Shown piece after piece: positions 7,812 to 14,856 of a DNA stretch of 14,856 bases. The notes below the pieces were generated by a model that saw only the letters and a list, made by a program, of their open reading frames with translations, was not told the origin of the DNA and did no database searches. How positions within the stretch are numbered: the first letter of the stretch is position 1; every line of letters starts with the position of its first letter. Source of the stretch: Oopsacas minuta (taxonomy: Eukaryota > Animalia > Porifera); NCBI GenBank assembly GCA_024704765.1, contig JAKMXF010000310.1, forward strand, positions 1,137,733-1,152,588. The letters run 5' to 3'. The translations under genes and the position numbers were made by a program.

Positions 7812-10334
7812 CTATTGAAGTTTCTCTTTCCGTCGAAGACAGCCATACTGTTGCTTCCGATCACTTGTGTGATTGAGTTGAGCTTTTAGTAGGAACTTAA
7901 CAACTACAACTCAGCTCCCAGTTTTTCCGCAAGAGGACTATCCACATATGAAAGAATTTCATTATGTACACTCGACATCTGTTTTTTGATTCAGGAAGTT
8001 TTCCGAGGAGATTGATGGCTATGTATACAAAACATGTGGTGTCTAATATAGGCACTCTCAATCCTCCTCTGTCAAGCTCTTGCAAGAATTCACATGATAC
8101 CTCATCTCCTTCTTCCGGCCCTAGGTGTTTATATGTTAAGAATCCTGCAATGAAGACTACTTATGTTTAAGAGTGTCAGTGGAATCAAGTCGTGTTTGCG
8201 TGTCTTTTGTACTTGTCTCCAGCATAACATCTATATCTTCTAATACGATAGGTACTGTACAATATGAGCATTTCCAGTCCAGACAACCTTGTGGAATGAT
8301 ATTCAATTTCAGCATCTGATGCAATCGCTGTGCCTTGTATGCAGAGATAACATCTACATCAATGTAGAAGTTACCACCGTGTCGTTGCCTGGCTTGTCCC
8401 AAATCTTTTCCAGAGGATCTTGATAAATAACAGCAGAAAGGACAAATTCGAATTGGTGATGAGTTAACAGATACGTGGCGGGTCAACGCTGAACTTTGTC
8501 GTTACTATGAAGCATCAGGAGTGAATTTTGTTAACTTTCTCTGCCTATATTTGCCACCTTCCCAGCGACAGGAACCTATCACATCACACATTGCTAACAG
8601 CTTGTTGAAGTTTTCGCAGTTGAGTGTCCATGGAGATCTAGATGGATCCCGTAGATTGATTGCCCCAAACATATCCTTCACATTCATTATTTTAAAACAA
8701 TTTGTGACCATTGTGGTGAACCTAATAGTCCCTTCCTGTGGATTTACCGTATTTTCAAAGCTTTTAATGCTACAACAGTCTTCTCGTGAAAAACTTGACA
8801 GACGAGTGGTACGCTCTGTCTTTGGAGAGGTTTAGGAAATACTGATGTATATGTAAGCTTTGTGAGTTGTAGTGGGCTCTTTTTGTCCTCTTCATAAAGT
8901 GCGTGAATATCTTTCCAACATGCGAGGTATTCTATACCGTCGTCCACGGATGATAACTCTTGAAGTTTATCTGTTATCCAATTGTTTCGCAAATTCTTCA
9001 TGATAAGTACGAAATCATAGAGGAGAAATAATTCGATTCCATCCAACACCACTCTCCCTGGACCACCAAGTAATTTATTTACTCCTTGATTTATCAGGTA
9101 GTTATCACAGATAAAGGATATTGGTTTCACACCACTCTTTTCATGACTTCCATAATTTCCAACAAAAATTATTTGGAGATCCGCTGAATTTATGTTCTTC
9201 ACTGGATGGATACCAAATACTAAACGTGGCCCTCCTTTATGACAAACAACTTCGGTACAAAGGGCTGAGGTGGCTTGTTCACTGGGTGCATTATTGGGAT
9301 GGCCAATTATGGACTTGCACTGAAGCGACTTGTTTTAATTAGCTTTACTTCATCGAACAAAATGTTGACAAAACGTTGCTCTAGTTTTAGAACTTCAAAT
9401 ATGCGAGGCAATTCGTTGTTCTGAAAGCTGCGCGTCATCAAATCTCTAAGTAATCTCTCCCAAGGAAGGATAATAGTTCTTGAATTTCTTAACATCTTGT
9501 ATGCTGCTGGAGAGATACATAGAAGTTCTCCAGCCAGAATAAGCAGATGCTTTGTGTAGCGGATTTTATTCTAGGGTGTCAAGAGGTTGTCGAATTGCAC
9601 CCCTAGGAACTGATATTGCGGACATTCTTGCACTTCCGATGTCATTTGTTTTAACTCGTACATGACTTTCGCCAAATGATCAGAATTAGACGCTTGATAA
9701 TTCTCCACAGTAGAAAGTATTTCATCAACTTGAGATCATCTATGAAGAAGGTTATTCTTCTGTAGACTGAAATAACGTTTGGGAATTACGTAGCCATCTT
9801 TCTCTGCCTCCACCAAGTTCAAGAAACCAAAGAGTGATTCAATTTCCTTGAAATAGATAAATTGAACAACCTTTCTTCCGAGCTCATCCAACTTAAACAT
9901 TCTCAATTCCCTGCATTTGCTTCTGACACTAAACGCGGTATAACGTGCTGCTGCCTCGTTTGTAAAAGATGAAAAGTTATCAATCCTATCTAATTTGTCT
10001 AGATATTTCTTTGCAATTATTCACGTAGGTCGGAAGAAGCCTTCTTTGTTGGCCTGGGATATGCCAAGGTTTGCTTCAGTCAGGATTTTGCTACTCCTTA
10101 AAATAGGTAGGAGGTCCAATCGGCCGCTTTCCACCTCTAACAGTGACCCATTTGCATTCAAAATGTGATGCACATGCTAAGATTTCTTTTCGATCAGTGA
10201 GACTACCAGGGATCATTTGGCATTGCCTCAATCCATCTTTTCCGTTCATCATCATCGGTAGGAAAAGTTACAACTGGAGTATAAGGTTCACCTATGTAAT
10301 TACCCCGACAATGGTAAGCTGCACGCTTTGACAT
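7812..10334 (-). pseudogene. THAP-domain P-element-family transposase pseudogene (THAP9-like fold)
   Basis: ATG at 10334. THAP domain: MSKRAAYHCRGNY...TFP...RW...CASHF...P. Catalytic motifs: ILFDEVK (~9343-9363), FICDN (~9101-9115), YDFVLIMKNLRNNW (~8985-9025), KLT...P...Q..V....QVF and QDPLE..GQARQRHGGNFY (~8370-8423). Stop TAG at 7814-7812. Multiple stops and frameshifts. Confidence 0.9.
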
Positions 10335-10365
10335 GCTAATGTTCTGCTAAACTAAGAGACTACAA

Positions 10366-10797
10366 GATAATTCTACATTTGTCATACCTAACTCGTACCA
10401 ATTACGAAATATTCACGATTTACCTTATATGGAGGTGTGAAACTGCATAACTCACATTCCATAAATATTTGAGGTAAGGAAATGTGACTAAGTGACTCCT
10501 TACCCATGAGTTCCCATTGTATAATAACACATTTATCATGTCTAACTCTAACTGGAAGCGATATTTTGACATTATTAACATAATGTAGAAAGGTGTGAAA
10601 ACCGTATAACTCACATTCCACAAATATTTGAGTTAAGGCAACATGGCCAATAGGCTCTAAAGGTATGACTTCCTATTCAACAATAATACATTTGGGGTAT
10701 CTAACTATAGCGGTTTACGAGATCTCGATAAATACACAATGGACCCAAGTTCCAAGACTCGAGCTGGTAGCCCAGTCCTTGATTAAAGTAGTCTATG
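10366..10797 (-). repeat. Right long TIR of the P-like element, with two tandem ~155-bp subunits
   Basis: The subunit core ...gtgtgaaa..g.ataactcacattcca.aaatatttgag.taagg occurs at ~10435-10480 and ~10593-10638. The outer 10650-10797 mirrors 7335-7480. Confidence 0.9.
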
Positions 10798-11525
10798 CAT
10801 GCAGTGGAGGCGCTAGCTCTTCGTGATTGAAGAGGTTAAACGTTTAATTATAAGTCATCGAAGCAAAATACAGTAATTAATTTTAGGAACATAATGAATA
10901 ATTTAGAATCAGCTGTCCATTTAACAAACCTTATACGACTTATATATTTTAATAGCTACGGTATGTTTAATTGAGGAAGATAGTAATTAATTTAGGTTGG
11001 AAAATTGATGCACAAGGAATAATTAGTAATCTCATCAATCTCATCTCCTAATTTTACTAGTGCTCTGGATTTTTCAGGTGTCAAATTAACCACGATTTTT
11101 TCATTTTATTAAAGCGATCCATATTTGGGCAGATGATTATATTAGTTTCCAATTGATAGTTCTAGGTCTGCAATACTTACTATTTATTCGGATTAAATTT
11201 TGCCTAATACGCCATTGACAAACTGTGAATCAGTTTGCAGAGCAAATCCCATTAATGTTAGTTGTGCGTGTGTTGAAGTAATTGAAATATAGAAATTAAG
11301 GTGAAAATATATTTTAGCTATTCTTTTATGATTATCGCTCCTATCTGTATATTTGAGTTTTGTAACAATTGGTTGCCTCAGTGTTCGATATCATGTAACT
11401 AAGATTGCTTTAGGTTATTTAAAATCTAGAAAAACTGGTATTATATGATAACATAAATAAAATAATTATTTAATTTGTAAGTAGTTAGTAATTATGAGTA
11501 GAGAATCTATCCAGTATGCACTTAC

Positions 11526-11930
11526 CATATACATAAAATAATTCTTTGGAATAGTACTTTCAAATCGTCTCATTATAATAATCTTTCCAGTAAAGTATTT
11601 AAGTATCTGGTAGTAAATTGATAATTGTAAAATTGGTAGATTTATCAAATCTAAGGAAGATACTTACCAAAAATATTATAATCTGTTCTTCATCATAGTT
11701 TACACATTTGTTTGTGTTGGTTACTCGTGCGTTTACTACCTATGATATTTTAATTAAACATAAATTTGATCCAAAGTGCGTAGTTGAATTATCCGTTAGG
11801 CGACAAAAATTACTGCACATTGGGAGATAACAGGTATACTGTTTTTCACAAGCGCAGGTACCAAAATTATCAATTGGATTTCAAAACATACTACATAAAA
11901 TAGAATGGATCGAAATGAAGCAGTCCTGTA
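11526..11930 (-). other. Three candidate phase-0 host exons (11930-11814, 11739-11668, 11606-11526)
   Basis: GT-AG introns of 74 nt (gtaatt...atcatag) and 61 nt (gtaagt...taccag), plus a further ATG|gtaagt donor. The spliced frame is open for 90 aa: YRTASFRSILFYVVCFEIQLIILVPALVKNSIPVISQCA VVNARVTNTNKCVNYDEEQIIIFL ILKYFTGKIIIMRRFESTIPKNYFMYM. No homology recognised, and plus-strand alternatives exist. Confidence 0.33.
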
Positions 11931-12064
11931 CTGTTATGAAGCTGATAATGCCCAGCTTCTGAGCGCCATATATAGGGGTTCATTATGTTGGGATCAGTAA
12001 TTCGTCGTGCATGAATTCGCCGTCAATTATCCAATAATGAGGATCATCATGCGTACCATTGATG

Positions 12065-13417
12065 GTTTAAGAATGCTCTCACAGTCAAGCGAGAACCATT
12101 GCATATGCCTTGCGTAGGATCGAGATTATGCATTAATATTATAGAAGAATCCACCTTAAGGTTAAGTCGGTGCGGAGGCAAGCTAGATGGTGTAATGGAT
12201 TTGGAATTCAGTGGATATAAAGCAAATTGTGCCTGCTCTACTGAGTCCACACTCACCCCAATGGATGTGTATCTCCAGGGAGTTGGTTCATAACATAATC
12301 GTTGATGTAGGCAGTTGTTTCTTTTTTAGAAGACATCATAATATGTGAAGTAATATACTCATTATATTTTCCTTGATTTCTCCATAAATATTAGTGGCCA
12401 AGTCTCCAATTGTTTCACCACTTACTACATACTTAGCTTAGCGTCTAAATGAATCATGTTTAAGGTTCAGTGCCTTCTCTTACTTCGTGTAAGAAGTCTG
12501 AGATTTTGCTTAGATCTACTGAGTCCTGATGGTCTAAACTTTGTAGGCGCATGTTTATGGTCAACTTCATAACTTTTACATGGTGCCAGAGTAGTGACAA
12601 ATTGATACAGGCTGATACAACCTGTGATCTGGTCCCATATCGAATTACAGGGAGGATCTGGCAGAAATCCCCTCATAATATGATCACCTTTCTTCCAAAT
12701 TGAAGCTCACATGAAAGAATATCTCAGAAACCACTATCAATACAGTAGCATGTCTGTGTATCATTGGAGCTTCATCACAAACTAGTAGATTCGCGCTTTG
12801 TATCAGTTTTGCTAGTGCGGTCTGTTGGGGATAACTGATAGATCAATCAAGGGAATCGGCACCTTCTATCTTGAATGAACAGTCCTTCCGCCAGTAAGCA
12901 GAAGGTTACTATGTCTGATGAAGCCATTGCTAATGCGATAAGTCCTTCGGATCGCACTTTAGCTAATCAGGTGTTGTACAGAAATGTCTTTCGAGTACCT
13001 CCTGGTCCATCAATGAAGAAAGCTCTCTGTTCAACACTCATATCAGTCAGTGCCTCCATTAAGCAATTATATGTTTCATACTGATCAGGGTTCAGTAGAG
13101 TAATATTAGTCTCTGCAGCAATGAAAGCTTGGTTATGCACATCAACCTCAAATTCATCTTTAATAACTTTAGATTGATCACGTGGACTACTATCACATGA
13201 GGGGAGTGGCATCCCTCCAAAATCACACAGAGACTTTCCCTGTCATCCGAATCACTGTTAGACAAAGAATTGACAGTTCTGATGGCATTGAACATGAAGC
13301 AGCTTCTGTGAAACAATCATCAAACTCTTGGTCATTTTCTAACAGACATCGTCTGCGTGCTGCATCCTTAAAGGTATTGCAAATAGTACCATCAGGGAGT
13401 AATCGAATATCCCTTTA
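12065..13417 (-). pseudogene. Helitron Pif1-family helicase fragment
   Basis: FKDAARRRCLLENDQEFDDCFTEAA linker, Walker A FIDGPGGTRKT (G>R, ~12986-13015), CDEAPM, GDFCQILPVI, LTINMR and LPPHRLNLKV...NLDPTQGICNGSRL, across several frameshifts. It ends before the AMTINKSQG-type C-terminal motifs. Confidence 0.88.
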
Positions 13418-13488
13418 ACTGCCACATTATAGAGAGGGCCTCATAGTATACTTGTCTAAGGGCCCCATCGAGTGATAATCCGGCCCTG
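13418..13488 (-). mobile_element. One end (~70 bp) of a hAT-type MITE related to 6923-7244
   Basis: The minus strand begins CAGGGCCGGATTA at 13488, followed by gggccc-rich subterminal sequence. There is no second TIR or TSD, and it fuses directly to Helitron coding sequence. Confidence 0.7.
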
Positions 13489-14610
13489 CTTACAATGCTT
13501 ACGATTTTATATAGTTTTGTTATGTTTGAGGGGTAGGAATTTCTACACATAAACTTTATCATAATCAGATGGTTCTCTAGGTATATCCTCTTCTGTTAAA
13601 ATCACCAAGATATGTGCATGAGGGAGGCCACGTTTTCGTAATTCATTAATGTATGCATATGCTTTAGGCCTCCCCTAGTAAGTGTTTTACTTTGATATTG
13701 TCGATAAATTCAAGTAATTTCATTACGAATACCCGAACTATCAAATCAGCCGATCTGTCGGTTTGTGATTAAGCATAAGAGCTGATGTTATCTCTTCCCA
13801 ATTTGTATTACACGTAATATAATGAAATAATCAGGCTTACTGTATATTCTGACTATTGATATGCAGTCCTGATACAATTCAAACATCTGTTTTGGGCCTC
13901 CTGTGAAGGGAGAAGGCAATATCAATCTTCTACCAAATTCTCTAGGACTAATATCTCCAGCAGAGGCTGCATCACTAAGTCCGCTGTATAGTTCTACTCT
14001 GAGCTTCTTTTGATTGAACTTGTAATAATTGAAACTCACTTGTTGGACTTTGGCAAACATATCAACGAAATATTGAAGGTAGAGCCTACCATAGAGGTGT
14101 AGATAGATTCTCCTCTAACCATAACCTTGGGAGTTACACATCCATCTCCTCGGCTGTGAGGAATTTTCAAGTGTACCCATTATCTTCTGAAGGGAACAAG
14201 AGAACATAATGTAAAGAATCATAAGCACTGTTGCACTCGGTGATATATTGCAATCCCCCTGTACGTGCATTTAGTACTATGTCTCTGGTAGCTACTCCTT
14301 CTGCATACCCGTCTCCAAGCATTATGACAGCAATCTCAGGAGCAGTAGAAGCATTATATCGTTTAGGATTTGGACCACCATCAGCTCTGAAGATCATCCT
14401 TGCGTCACTGGCTTCGTTTTCTTTAATTATATCTATATCTTGTTTCAGATAAGAGAAATAAGGGCTAATCTCATGGAGCATATCCTGGAGTTCTCTCAAT
14501 TCTGGAAGATATGCCTCTCCGAGGTGTTACTGACTGTTCTCTAGTTCTCCATCAGCTGTTCCGTCATGAGTATTAGGCCGGATCGAGAAAAGTATAAATC
14601 GTCGGTTCAA
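13489..14610 (-). pseudogene. Helitron Rep (HUH endonuclease) N-terminal fragment
   Basis: RYNASTAPEIAVIMLGDG...RDIVL...YDSLHYVLLFP; GRLYLQYFVDMFAKV; NQKKLRVELYSGL; ILPSPFTGGPKQMFELYQDCISIVRIYSKPDYFI(T)CN; HUH motif KRGLPHAHIL (~13609-13638). Rep motif 3 (YxxKY) is absent. Confidence 0.9.
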
Positions 14611-14856
14611 CTTCTACCTAAGGGAAAAGTTGCCTTTACCATTTTCTAGGAAAATGCGAGACTTAAATTTGAAAAATATTTCGATTTGACCCTTGCGGTT
14701 TTATATTTTTGCTGTGTCACTTTCGCAAAATTGATTTTATATTGTCCGAATTTTCAAATTCCCTTGACTTAGCCCCTTTATATATATTATTTGGTAATAG
14801 TAAGTCGCATATTTGCTATTGAATGGTGTATTAATCGAATTTCTATGTCCAAGGAT

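Larger units (their letters stand above)
7335..10797 (-). mobile_element. P-superfamily DNA transposon with long TIRs (Galileo-like architecture), degenerate
   Basis: The 8-bp TSD CATGCAGT is perfect at 7327-7334 and 10798-10805. Termini are TATGGACTACTTTAAT... and ...ATTAAAGTAGTCTATG. Long inverted repeats enclose a THAP plus P transposase. Confidence 0.92.
12065..14610 (-). mobile_element. Helitron (RepHel) fossil, internally deleted and truncated
   Basis: Rep-region and Pif1 helicase motifs lie in the expected order. No 5'-TC or 3' hairpin-CTRR terminus was identified. Confidence 0.9.

Noticed and set aside
7522-10623. ORFs 7522..7797, 10388..10621 and 10420..10623
   Set aside because: They are chance frames within or overlapping the P-element TIR repeats.
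10366-10650. CRISPR-like repeat-spacer array
   Set aside because: Only two long units inside a TIR, with no unique regular spacers and no cas genes, in a eukaryotic context.
10887-11060. Plus-strand exon pair (NIMNNLESAVHL…/GWKIDAQG…) with a 35-nt intron
   Set aside because: The spliced frame stops after 18 codons, the intron is very short, and no coherent gene model links to it.
7964-14452. Plus-strand ORFs 7964..8170, 8521..8835, 9121..9342, 10143..10331, 12099..12293, 12875..13084, 13182..13418 and 14231..14452
   Set aside because: They are antisense shadows of the P transposase and Helitron coding sequence.
14650-14815. Weak inverted repeats, and a 13-mer gtaagtcgcatat shared with 7612-7624
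   Set aside because: Short and imperfect, plausibly chance in AT-rich DNA, with no TSD.

Overview
AT-rich eukaryotic (probably invertebrate animal) DNA made almost entirely of decayed transposable elements. No intact host gene, RNA gene or CRISPR array is supportable. Three class II fossils dominate, all coding on the minus strand. (1) A ~2.05-kb element at 4592-6638 with ~97-bp TIRs, one starting with the RSS heptamer CACAGTG. It encodes a broken three-intron DDE transposase with the RAG1/Transib core motif order. (2) A 3463-bp P-superfamily element at 7335-10797 (THAP domain plus P transposase) with a perfect 8-bp TSD and long, internally repeated, asymmetric TIRs. (3) A truncated, internally deleted Helitron (Rep HUH plus Pif1 helicase) at ~12065-14610. 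Also present are a complete hAT-type MITE with an 8-bp TSD, half of a related MITE at the Helitron deletion junction, two non-coding foldback structures, short tandem repeats and a few low-confidence host-like exons. Most ORFs in the supplied track are fragments or antisense shadows of these elements. Family assignments come from manual translation and motif recognition, not database searches, and identities are estimated by eye.
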